Part shown: positions 1-11,900 of the stretch, piece by piece
How positions within the stretch are numbered: the first letter of the stretch is position 1
Layout of the letters: every line of letters starts with the position of its first letter
The notes under the pieces: generated by a model
Database searches by the model: none
What the model was told of the DNA's origin: nothing
The model's input: the letters and a program-made list of their open reading frames with translations, nothing else
Program-made: the position numbers and the translations under genes
Assembly (NCBI GenBank): GCA_963924565.1
Contig: OZ004609.1
Coordinates: 26,350,001-26,414,000 of the forward strand
Reading direction: 5' to 3'
Source: Ascidiella aspersa
Lineage: Eukaryota
Length of the DNA: 64,000 nucleotides

Positions 1-63
1 AAAAATGTAATAGTCTTTTACAAGTTAACTATTTGAATACCTTTTATATTTCTGAGTAAACAG

Positions 64-373
64 CAGACTGGAAAGTCAATTCAAAGCAACCAGAGTTGGT
101 CTCCACCTACTGGGGTGTGTTTCACTTTTACAATATACGGTGAAGCCTTATCACTTCTGAACTTGGTACAGCGCATGTCAAACTCTGTAGTCAAGTATTC
201 TAACTGTAAGGCTCCAGCCAACGAATGACCATGTTGGGGTCAAGGTTAACAGTATTGAATTTTTATTCATTGCTTTGCTTTTACAGCAATTTAAGAAGCG
301 GGATGCAGACAAGAAACAGGAGCAACTAGACAAGATGAAGGCAAAGTTTGGTGTCAGCACTGATGCAAAGTAA
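64..373 (+). CDS. Terminal exons of an unidentified gene entering from the left edge (C-terminus ...LQPTNDHVGVK/QFKKRDADKKQEQLDKMKAKFGVSTDAK*)
   Basis: Acceptor ttttacag at ~286 opens a charged-helix frame ending in TAA at 371-373; a short upstream exon ~211-244 follows ctaactgtaag. The frame of the exon at ~64-140 is ambiguous and the product is not recognised. Confidence 0.5.
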
Positions 374-1573
374 TAATACTATGGGAAGATCAACTGGTTA
401 AAACCAAACAACTGTCTACAGACTACAATTGTCTAAACTAAACTTGTAAAAACTTTCATGTTCTGTTAGTTTAATGTAGTATTCAATCATTATTGCCAAT
501 TACAGGTCACACTTTTTTGTCTTATTTTATTGTCTTTCAATTGTTTTTATATAAACTCATTGCAATGCAAGACACAGATCTTTTTTCAACATTTATTTAA
601 GAAGTTCACAGATGCAATAATTATTTAATTGCATAAAAGCCATAAAACATAATTCCTTCAAAGATACTTAAAAGAACCAACATGATTTTATTATGTGCAA
701 TATAAATAGGTTTGCGGTAGGAGCCTTTGTGGAGTACAGAATAATACAAGAATAAACCAATAACAAAATATTGGAAAATAATTTAACAAAGCACATGTAC
801 ATAAACTCATTCAAAATATAGTTTTGTGTTACCATCTACTTTTACAAAACTAAACAAACACACTACTTAAAATGTTGTAACAACATAGTCCTGATTTTTT
901 TTCTAGTAGATTGTATTGGCAATCCACTACGTGAAAGAGATTGTTCAACAGATAGAAAACTTAAAAATGATTACTATTTAGGAAAAACATACAAAACAAA
1001 ATATTCTTGTCCAATTTATACTTTTATGAACTGATTAATGTGGAAGCATTAATGATGAGCAAACTTCATTAAAAAAAAATGGTATTTCTTAAGCTCTGTA
1101 ATTTGAAGGCTGCCTTAAATGCCTAAGAAAGCATGCCCTGTATAATTTTTATTTAATGTTAAAGGTGATACACTCATCAAGCCCGTTTTATCAAAAACAC
1201 ATTATTTTGGGGCCAATATGCTGTAAAAACAGTCATTTATTTCATACCAAAACATTCATCAAATATTTTAAAATAAAGAGGCACCTAGGGCACAGTAAAG
1301 GATAACACAATATGCTAGGGTGGTCCAAACCTAGGCACAGAAACTTTGTACCATATCAAGGTTTTATAAAGTGTTTTCATAGCAAATAAACCCATTAAGT
1401 TAAAACATACTATAAAAAATTTTAAACTTTTTATTATGAGAATTCATACCTAATCTTGTGTGCCCTGTGATAAATTTTAGCATAAAATTAAACCACCCTG
1501 AACTAGTTAAAAAACGCATGCAACAAAAAAGTTGATTAAAAATTCTTAAGGACACAAAAAGTAGTGATACGGT

Positions 1574-3891
1574 TCACAGCTTCTTTTTTGAAAGTGCAGG
1601 AATATAAAAAATAAATCTGATGCATATACAAAACGCTGTCATAATAAGAGGCACAATATATGTCGCAAAGTAGGTACCCTGGTGAAATTTCATCATTGGC
1701 TTGTAGTCTGAAAGTGTGTGAGCAACAAAAAAACTTGCAAAACAAAACATCTTAACTGTTGCCCAATGCAGCCTGAATGATATGGAACAAATAATTATTT
1801 GTATATTTAAAATAGTGTAAAAAGCAAGGACTTACATTGTGTACAGTCTTTTGCCAAGTTTTCCAGGAATGACTTTGTTAGTGTTTAGGCAAGTTTGATC
1901 TAGGGCAGCCATAATAGGCAGGGGCATGAAGCAAATATAAAAACCTGGTTTTATTCCATGCCAAATAGAACTTACCAAAACCACAGAGAAAGCCCTTTAA
2001 AGAAGATTAAAAAGCCTTTTTTAATTCTACAAAGGCCTAAATGTTCCATAAAATCAACATTTCATATTTGGTAAACTGATAATGGCATGAATTTATTGTT
2101 TGTGAACAATGAAGCGTTGTTTTTATTGAAATTACTAAGAAATTTAGTGTATTGTGTTATTATTCTAAAACAAAAGGCTACCTTATAATCTTCAAATTCT
2201 TCGGAATTAAATCACTTTGATAGACAAAATAAGCTAGCCACCATTGCACTGAACAATTCCAAAACAGCATTGATTTTCCAAATGAAGGTTCAAACAGTAG
2301 TTTATCAGTCCTAACATTTTGTATTGTTTTAAAGTCATAATCTTCAGCTGGAACAACCTCATTTTCTTTGGCCTTACTAAAAATAAAGGATTTTTAACGT
2401 ATAATAAATGGCACTCAGATTTATTGCTCCATTATAATTTATTATAATTGTTAGGCCCAACTAGGTTTGAAAGTGTTTAGTAAGTATAGATTTTTGTAAG
2501 GTGCAACTCAGTTGTGGCATGTGTTATTTCTTTTTCCATTGATAATTTTAAGTTTGTAGAAGTACAACCTAAATTTTGCATATATCTTTAGCTTAAAATA
2601 TCCTATTTTATAGTTTGGTTAATTGGTACATAACAAATCAATCCAACCTACTTTTCAATGGGGGTAGTTGGCCCTTGTCCTGGTCTGGTAATACTTTCCT
2701 TTGGGTACATCCCAAGGCCAACACAAATACATACACTCTCTGCCAACAACCAAACACTCACATACCTCAAATGATAAAGAAATCCTGTTGGATATACATG
2801 TAATAGCCTACATAAAAACAAACAATTAGCTTCAGGTCTGTTTCTGGTAGTTCATTTATTTTTAATATATACCTGACAACTAAAGGATCAGTCATAAACT
2901 TGTCAGATGTAAAGTATTTTGTGTTATAAAACTGGAACCCTAATCCCAAAATGAATCCACACAGTAGCAACTTTAAGCACTGGTTGTAAAGATGATTCCA
3001 CACAGGTCGGTAAGTTGACTTGCACATGTCTGAATAAGTTCTGTACTTGAATACAGGCCCTGAAAGTGAATAGGTATACGTAAATTCAGGAAAAGATACC
3101 CCTAAAAGGAAAAATTTCAACTATATAAAAATATATTCCAAAAGAGTGAATGCTCCCAACAAATGATATGTATGTTTTTCAAATGTCTGACAGAGATCAT
3201 GGTTTAACCTGTAAAAATTCCCACAAAACATGTCATGTAACACACTAAATCCATTGTACTTGGTTCTTTTTCAAGAACCAGTATGCCAAATGCATGGTTT
3301 TTGGAAAGACCTTTATCTTTTTGCCTCAAATCTGCCACCTCATAGGCTACAATGATAACCTTAAAATAAAGTAGAAACATAATTATGCATTTTTATATAT
3401 TGTTTAGGCCCTGTAATAGTTTACTTGTAAGTGAGTAAACATAAGCGAATATGAAAAAATAACAGTAATGCATCACCTTTAAAGTAGCAATCAGCATCAT
3501 TCCATTAGCAAGATTACTTTCATCTCTTGGAAGTCCCAAATAACTTGAGCAGGAAAAAAGCACCCGGTATAAGATGGAATAAACAAAAACAATTTTTGGA
3601 TTTGTTCTTAAAATAAATTGATAAATGTTTTATGAATTGACTTACATAAAATGATTTACGGTTATGAAAAACTTACACATATGGACTTTTGATTAATAAA
3701 CATCCACCTCCAACAAGTATAATGAAATGGTAGACATCAAAGCCACAAAAAAGAAGAATGTGTGTAGCACCAACAACCGATAGTATATATTTCCTGTATA
3801 GTTTTATTTTGTACAATCTGAATAGTATGCCCACCAGCAATGAAGATGATATGTACAGAGCATAAGCAAGGTCTCTTCTGGTTTGAATCAT
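1574..3891 (-). CDS. MBOAT7: MBOAT7/LPIAT1-like lysophospholipid acyltransferase, paralog A (8 exons)
   Basis: Exons 3891-3677, 3606-3477, 3359-3209, 3059-2873, 2807-2652, 2376-2182, 1994-1836 and 1772-1574 join in frame across GT-AG introns. Motifs LGLP..NGMMLIATLK, GPVFKYRTY, GLGMYP..RPGQGPT, WNCSVQWWL and catalytic SIWHG match the MBOAT7 family. Confidence 0.9.
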
Positions 3892-5083
3892 GGTTAAAGC
3901 TTTTTTTTACAAATTTAAGTAATTAAAATATTTATTTACAGTGTTCTAAAAACAGTTTTAATTTAGCAATTCTTTGAAATGCACAGCTTGAAATGGCTGC
4001 TTATGTTGTTTTCTTAAGGCTATTTAATTGGCAATTAGGCGTAGTAGGTTGCTATAGTGACACTTCACATAACAGTGCAAGTGCAAGAGCTATAACTTCA
4101 CAAGCTTTATATAGTTGATTTTCGCACTTCCTAACCTGAACCAAACTAAACCTATAATCCTATTGGATATACGTTGTTGGGAATGGCACGGCGGTAAAAT
4201 AATACACCATTTCTACTGCTCGTTAACCTCGTTTATCAAAAACAAATGTAATGTGTTTTTTTTTTAGTTAAATAATAGTAAACAGCTGTTTTTTGATGCG
4301 GAATTCCCCGGTTATATTTTCGTTGAATGGTTTCTATGAGATTTTTAAGGAAAAAAAATCGTTGCGCAAATAGTACTGAAAAGGCGATCAGTTGGAGCGA
4401 TACGGCGATCACGTGCTGCTTGCGCTTTGTGGAAACCGTCACCAAGCGTCTCACACATACACAAAACTTCATAGAGGTTGCAAACTGCATCAGGTTGGTA
4501 CTCGCGTTTGTTGTTTTATATATCGCGACTGTAACTTTCAACTTCTAAGACAATCAGTTTTAATTGCTATTTAAGCGATAGAGCTGTGGATAACGAAGAT
4601 CAACGAACAAAATTCGCAAAAAGTTTATTGCATACACAATTTAGATGCAAATACACACTTTGCTAAACATGAACCATTTCAAATAAACAAACATTTATAC
4701 ACTCTGTACTTGACAATAGAATAAACTATACAAATATATGACTTCTAAAAATATTTTAGTCAAGAAAATAGACATTTAGATACCAGCCACAATGAATATT
4801 CAACATATAAAAGGCAACAGGTGTAAAAACTGTTCTGTTATCTTAATGTTAAAAAACGTGTAAAAATATTTTTCTAACTACATGATTTCAATATTAGTAA
4901 TCAAAAACATAAAACAGGTTTTCAAACATCATCAGCATAATAAAAAGTTTTACTATGGGATGTATATTCATAAATCACAGAAAACATCTATAAAACTATA
5001 GCAGCACTTAAAAAAGTTTGAAAATTACTGCATTATCCTAAAAGTTAAAAACAACTGCATAATAGATTAATAAAATATGGTAA

Positions 5084-6634
5084 TCACTTATACCATCCTA
5101 GAGATTTTTGTAATGCTTTTTCCCAACCACACATTTCATGTGTAAATTTTTTATAGTTAGCAGGTACAGGTTGAAAGACATCTTGCACTTTAACGAGTGC
5201 TGTCAATTCATCTTGATCTTTCCAATACTTTACAGCAAGTCCTGCAAAAAATGCTGCTCCTAAAGCAGACATTTCGCTGTGAGAAGATCTGTAGATTGCT
5301 TTGCCTATAAGGTCGCTTGTTGTCTGCATTACAAAGGAATTAACTGACACTCCACCATCACATACCATCTTTTGAATGTCTAATTTTGTTTCATTGGCCA
5401 AACTAGCAAACAGTTGCTTGTTGCGGTAAGCAAGAGATTCCATTACAGCCCTCACAATGTGACAGGGCCTGGTTTCTTGTGTAATGCCCATAAGACATGC
5501 ACAGGCAAGATAATCATTTATAGGTGCATGGATGCCATTAAATCCCGGCACAAAGTATACTCCTCCTGAAGTGTCACAATTGACAAGTAGTTGGTCAATT
5601 TCTGAAGCAGATTTTATTAAACCTATTGTCACTAACCAATCAATGGCACTTCCTGCTGTGTTGGAGTTTCCTTCTGCTAAGTATGTTATTTTCTCGTTAA
5701 CTTTCCAGCCAATAAGGGGGTAAAATCCTGCAACTGATGTATGCGGCTGAGATCCTACATTAATATCAAGAAATGCACCAGTACCCATTGTGAGTTTTAC
5801 ATCTCCTGGATTGAAGCAGCATTGCCCATACATGGCGGATTGTTGGTCTCCAATGATACATCTGATAGGAATTTTAGCGCTGAATAATTCCTTGTGACAT
5901 TCACCATAATCATCTATAGTATTTAGTATAGGTGGAAACATGCTACGTGAAATACCGAGCAAATTAAAAAAAAAGTTGCTCCACTCTAACAGGTAGGGAT
6001 CAAACAGTCCTGTTGAACTGGCACAAGAGTACTCTGAAACAAAAACTTTTTCGTTTGTCAACTTCCAAACAATCCAAGTATCAAGGGTTGCAAACCTTAC
6101 CTTGCCATGTTGTGCTAACTGATTTATTTCCGGGTATTGTTTCATCAGCCAAAGCAGTCGAATTGAAACATGATTGGTTCTAAACCTAAGGACTGAAGCT
6201 GCGAGAAAACGCTTTTGCTGTGTAACAGTGTGCAAACCCTTCGAACCAACACGTACAGCTTTCATTAAATAGGAATTGTTCCATTCATTGCTAATGGATT
6301 CTCCACGCGTGTCTTGCCACACCAGGAAATTGTGGAAGTATTCCCCAGTTTCACAGTTCCAGACAATAAACGTGCCACGTTGTGTGCTTATTCCCATTGA
6401 AGTGATGCAACTAGCTGTTGTTTTAGCGTCCAAAATCGAACCTTTAATGACTTCTTGAACAGAGGCCCATAGTTCGTCGGGGTTTATTTCCGATGCCTGC
6501 GGCTCAGGTCGAATAATGTTCAGCGGACGGGATGACTTTCCAACAATTGTCGCATTCTTGTCGTATAAAAAACATCTGATATTGGTTGTACCCACGTCCA
6601 ACGATAGGACGTATTCCCTTTGATCCGTCGCCAT
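5084..6634 (-). CDS. GK5: Glycerol kinase 5-like (FGGY family), single-exon ORF of 516 aa
   Basis: LDVGTTNIR, STQRGTF..WQDTRG, GDQQSAMYG, KLTMGTGAF, GFYPLIGW and DGGVSVN motifs are characteristic of the GK5 subfamily. A polyA signal AATAAA lies on the - strand near 4624-4629. Confidence 0.92.
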   Translation of the reverse strand: MATDQREYVLSLDVGTTNIRCFLYDKNATIVGKSSRPLNIIRPEPQASEINPDELWASVQEVIKGSILDAKTTASCITSMGISTQRGTFIVWNCETGEYFHNFLVWQDTRGESISNEWNNSYLMKAVRVGSKGLHTVTQQKRFLAASVLRFRTNHVSIRLLWLMKQYPEINQLAQHGKVRFATLDTWIVWKLTNEKVFVSEYSCASSTGLFDPYLLEWSNFFFNLLGISRSMFPPILNTIDDYGECHKELFSAKIPIRCIIGDQQSAMYGQCCFNPGDVKLTMGTGAFLDINVGSQPHTSVAGFYPLIGWKVNEKITYLAEGNSNTAGSAIDWLVTIGLIKSASEIDQLLVNCDTSGGVYFVPGFNGIHAPINDYLACACLMGITQETRPCHIVRAVMESLAYRNKQLFASLANETKLDIQKMVCDGGVSVNSFVMQTTSDLIGKAIYRSSHSEMSALGAAFFAGLAVKYWKDQDELTALVKVQDVFQPVPANYKKFTHEMCGWEKALQKSLGWYK

Positions 6635-8943
6635 TGTGCGTTACTGCTGAACTGTTTTCCTACTAAAATGCTGACTGCATGAATTGTACGCCATACAACA
6701 CGCCATTTCCTTTCGCTAACCGATCGGGGAATTGGTTATGACTGTCTCGACAAATGGTTTTAATAGCTGCGGGCGCAGGAAAGGTTCGCAATTTGTCGTG
6801 GTGCCAAATTTCGTAAGTTGTATTACTTATGATAACTATGTGAACGTTACAAATCGATTTTTGATGCTCTGTTTACCCTATGCTGCGGAGTCGTAGTGTG
6901 ACACAGCGCAGACGTTGTATGTAAAAAATAACGGCTGACCTGCTTTCAAGTAGGCTAACGTTTAGAACTACTCAAGCAACACGAATTCACTTTTAAATAA
7001 ACGCTCGCAAAGTAATCGACTAAGCCCATCTTTAAGTAACTTGAGCCCAGCGGACAAACAACAATTCATTCACCAGCAAAGATTGCTATTACAAAAGAAA
7101 AGGGTTTTTTTACTATACTGCGAAAAGTAATATTTGGAGAGCGGCGAATGCGTTGTGCATATGTGATATGGCGACATACGAAAATGCGTATAAAAACTAT
7201 ACAATGGAGTAGCAACTAAATGGGGTGACGGATAAAGTAGGTTTCCAGTACTGGATCAAGCAAACCCGTGTTGAACTCTTAGCGTTTAACGTACTAAAAA
7301 CACATTACAGTCATTACACCTACATTCTTTTTTAGGTCTGCCCTTAAATTTGCTGTCTGTCATCGCCTTTAGGTGGTTGACACTTTGTTTTAGTTAGACC
7401 TAGAATGAATATCGAAAGGCCATATAGAAGTAGATAACATTGTTGAAAATAATTAAAGAGATATTCGAAAGTTTGAAGTGTTTCCTACTTTTATATGTGT
7501 TTTGATATTTCTACTGCTTAAATCATTTCTCGTTGTTTGCTTCGGCACGCATAAAATAATTTGAACTTTAGAGGTTATTTTTATATCAAAAGGGAGAAGC
7601 ACAATTATAATAAAAAACAGTTTGTTTAAAACTGCTTTAGCCTTTAACTGGCGATCCCTTACAGTCGTCCTCTCCCAGTTAAGAGCCCTGATTTAGGTTA
7701 CTAAAAGTTATATGAGGAAACAATGACCTAAACCAGTGTTTCCCAACGTTTTTATATTAGTGCCCCCTTGGGCTTCATATTATTTCATATCGCCCCCCCC
7801 AAAAAAAAAAAAATTCTGTCTTTAGCTTAACATAAAAGAAAACTTGCGCTGATCTAATATAGTGCTCCGCAACTTTTTTTTAACTTGTGGCACACTAAAA
7901 ATTTTTTTAAATTTAAATACGTATTGTTCAACGTTAGCCTACTAATATTTTGTAATAGACTTTCGTATCAGCTATGTTTCAAAACAAGGCAAAATCCAAA
8001 CAATTAATGATTTATAAAGTGATTTCGTCGATACTGTTTCACTTCCTGTTATGACCTAACTAAAATAATATCACAGGACCTATATTTAAATTTATAATTT
8101 GTTCGTGTTTTAATTATGCTAAAACCTTCTCGTGGTTAGACTGTTACAGTGTTACATGGTAAGCCGCTCACCTATAACTTTGGGTTTGCCCAACTAAAAT
8201 GATAAAAAAAACGCCTATAGACCATCGCCTTTAAAATTCTTTGTTTTAATTTCATCTTGGTAAATGCTTTTTTGCATTTCTACAGCTTTGACTCGGCCTG
8301 TTCAACTTGCGGCCTGCGGAAACCTTATTTTTATTGTTAACAAATCAATCTTATTCCATTAGTAAATTAGTAAAACCGATAATAATCGCATTTTGAAAAG
8401 GCACTTGCTCCCTCTGGAGTTTAGATCTGTTTTACAAGATTGCTATGCAGAAATTTTAACAAGATATCTTTTAAAAAAAAGGGAGATTGATATTTGTTTT
8501 ATAACTATAATGAGTTGATAAAGCGTATGAAAAATGTAAAGCAGATTATCTACGGCCTACTGATAACCATAAAACATTTATATTGATGCAACCTAGTTTT
8601 TCTTGTTATCTTTCAATGATGAATTAAACTCTATAAAGATACTGCTTTAGAGGTTTGTTTTTGTATACATATTAACAGAGAATGTAATTTGTCATTAGAT
8701 AGCAGAAGCGTAACACAAAATATTTCGAGAACAATTTAAATCAATATATTTATGATTTAATTAAAAGTGTTTATTTCGAGAAAAACTACGCCCTAATAAC
8801 ATTTATTCGACATCTGCTGATTAAGCATAAATGTTCAAGTATAAATCCTGTGTTTCACTGAGCCGACACCAACTTCGATTTATCATTTTTCAAACCGTAA
8901 GAAATCACAGCGTGAGCGTATAGGCTACGTCAATCTGGTTGAA

Positions 8944-11900
8944 TTATTCACGTTTTGCGAAATCATCAAGCCTGTTTCTCATCAGAATTGCTGGGAATTC
9001 ATGTTGACCAACAACCAACCAGATTATTCCGCACATCAAGCTCATCGCAAACGGAAAAAGGAGTCCAGCGAACCAGGTGAGTTGTATAAAGTTGCTGTCC
9101 AGCAGCGTAAATGAAACGAAAAAGTAGCTGTGTCCGAAATGTTTCACGAAAACCCTGTGAAATCTGTAGAAGAATTATTTATTCGGTTTATGTAAAGATG
9201 CATATATGAAAATATTAAGATAGGCTACAATTGAAATATTACGAATTTTTGAGGTTGATCGGTTTTCCCAGATCAAGCTTTTTTAAAGTTAAATACAGAT
9301 TAAATTATATTTTTTAAATTTACCTTTGTTTTTTCATATATTTAAATATATATACATTAGCGTCCTTTATTTGATTCACAACGTTTGGTTAATTAATTAT
9401 GTTTACATGGCAGAGTATTCAGTCACAACACAAGTAGACTTGTATGATATTAAAGTAATGCAGGGCTTACTTTAAATCGTTATTGTAATAACTTAAGTTA
9501 ATAACTTTAGCCTATACTTGAGTGCACTCAAGTCGCCATTTTCAAATAACTTGACTTGACCTAAGTCATTTCACAAACTACTTGAACGTTTTTACCATTT
9601 TTGGAATTCTAATAATAGTTTTTGATGCCGAAGCTATAACTTGAAATTGACGTACGTCATTAAAATCGTTAAATGGAATTTGACTTAATATTGCTATTTG
9701 TTGAAAATGACTAATTTGGACTAAGTCTATCAAAATGACTTGTTTACAACGCTGCTTCAAACCTTCTGCAAAGAAGATTACTTTAAACCTTTTAGTAAAC
9801 GATAAACTTTGTTATTAGAGCATATTTTTTTCTGGAAACATTTGTCATGTAAACAGCCAAATTATCGTTTTATTGGTCGAGCCTTAAAAACAGTTCGGCC
9901 TGTCTGATAAACTATTGACAACAGAAACATTTTGTTATAATTATCATTACATATTGGCGCTTGCAAGTTAGAATCCGATGCAAAAGTTAAGCGCTAAAAA
10001 GAATTCCCGAAATTCCCCATGAACCGGTCACATGAACAAAAGTACGAGTGGACGCAAATCAACATAAACCACCGACTAACGTTTTGTAGGCTTCCTTTTT
10101 CCATTCTTCCTTGATACAGTTTTTTTCAACGTGCAGGCAAACCCGTTCGAGCGCCATTACCAGGGGAACTTGCAGGAAAGTGACGAAGTATCCTAACTTT
10201 GTTCCGTGCCACAAGGCGCTGACAAAGAAGACCGCCATTCCCCTTCATAAAGCATTTGCTATTTTCAATGTCCGTTAATATACAGGTAAGGTTCGTCGGC
10301 AGTGTTTTTATGGACGACGTTTTGTGACAAATACTTTTAAATTTTTTAAATTTCCAAATTAACAAATTCACCACTGTACAACAAAAAATTGACTACACAA
10401 AACTTGAACCTTTTGGAATGGTTATTCCTGGGGCGATTATGTTTTGACATGTCAAATAAAGTCAAAGTTTTGTCAAAATTTACACGTTCGGTCAAACTTT
10501 GTCAATGTGTTTCTCAACCTTTTTAGCATACGGACCGGTAAAATTTTAAAACAAATTGTGCGGACCGGTGGACCTTCAATAATCAAAATCAACCCAAAAT
10601 TTAATTACGCAATAGTGTGCAACTAAAACTCTTCTTAGCTTTTACATACAACTGGTCTTAAAGTTTAAGACTTCGAGTTGTAGCCTACTTTTAATAGTTG
10701 CAGCATTGTGACGTACAATGAAGTCCAAAGAATACCATTAACTCTATTTACGTCACAATGCTGCAATTCCGGAGCTGGCGAAGTTCTAAATTTGATGAAT
10801 TCAACATCTTGAATTTTGCAATTGAGATATCAAATTTTAATATATTTGCCGACCGGCAGGAAAGTTGACGCGGACCTGCACCGGTCCGCGGACCGGCGGT
10901 TGAGAACCACTGCTTTAAACAACAATGTGTTGTTCAAATCAATACATTTCTAATAAGTCAGAATTTTGTCAAAAAAATATATTTTCAGGTCAAAATTGTC
11001 CAAATTTAAACTCTTTAGGTCAAAAAATAATCCCCCTAGTTATCACGTATAGGTACACCTGTTTTTAGGTAGTTTTTTTATCGTTTATTTTACGTCATTT
11101 TTACGTTACGCCCGAGCCCAGTGGTTCTTAACCAGGGTTCGACGCAGCTGTTTCAAGGGTTCGGCGAGAACGTCCTCTGAAACCTAAATGCTGATATTTC
11201 AAGCTAAAATGAATCTCTTTTATGTTTCAAAGTGTATAAATCCAAGTTTGTAGTTTGATTATGCCCAGTTTCAGCTGCTAGAAGGAGCAAACGAATACTG
11301 AGCGAAAAATTGGGGTTCGACGAAAGCTTTCTAAATAACATAGGGGTTCGACAGGTTACCAAAGGTTAAGAACCACTGCCTAGCCAGTAAAAACCTATAC
11401 CTAAGGAATCGCATGCGCCTCGGCAGGAGCGCGCTGCGATAGACGAAGTGCACCATCCACCACTGAACCGTGCTGTTCCAGGCGGGAATCGCCCCGCTAA
11501 AACTCCAGGTGGCCGGGAAACAAGCCTCCACGTCCGTGTTGCGAACCGTTGTAAAATCCCATTCCTCCTCTTCTCGCTCATTTTGTTCGTCCGGTCGCGA
11601 CGATCTGAAAAGGCGGGTTTGCTTATTCTAAAGCATGCGATGCACGGTTTTTAAACACTCGCCTACATTGGTCTTTGCATTTATGGCGGCAGTTTTAGGA
11701 GGCACAGTGCATTTTTCGTCTCGTTTACATGGTTACATGAAAAGGGATGTCCGATAATATTTGATCGGACCCGTACCCAATGAAAGTGAAAGCATCGTTA
11801 CTCGTCCGATACTCGGGTGGTATCTCGGGCCAATCCGATGCCAAATTTATTTCTACCTTGAAAGGCAAATTTATCAAACAATAATAGGTTTCCAACTAGA

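Noticed and set aside
3060-3208. Apparent stop codons suggesting MBOAT7-A is a pseudogene
   Set aside because: This interval is a GT-AG intron; the flanking exons join in frame and match paralog B.
4236-4574. Overlapping 60-101-aa ORFs
   Set aside because: Chance ORFs in the CpG-rich promoter region of MBOAT7-A, without motifs or splice support.
3891-5084. GK5-MBOAT7A operon (polycistronic, trans-spliced)
   Set aside because: A CpG-rich, promoter-like gap of several hundred bp separates the GK5 polyA signal from MBOAT7-A, so there is no direct evidence of an operon.
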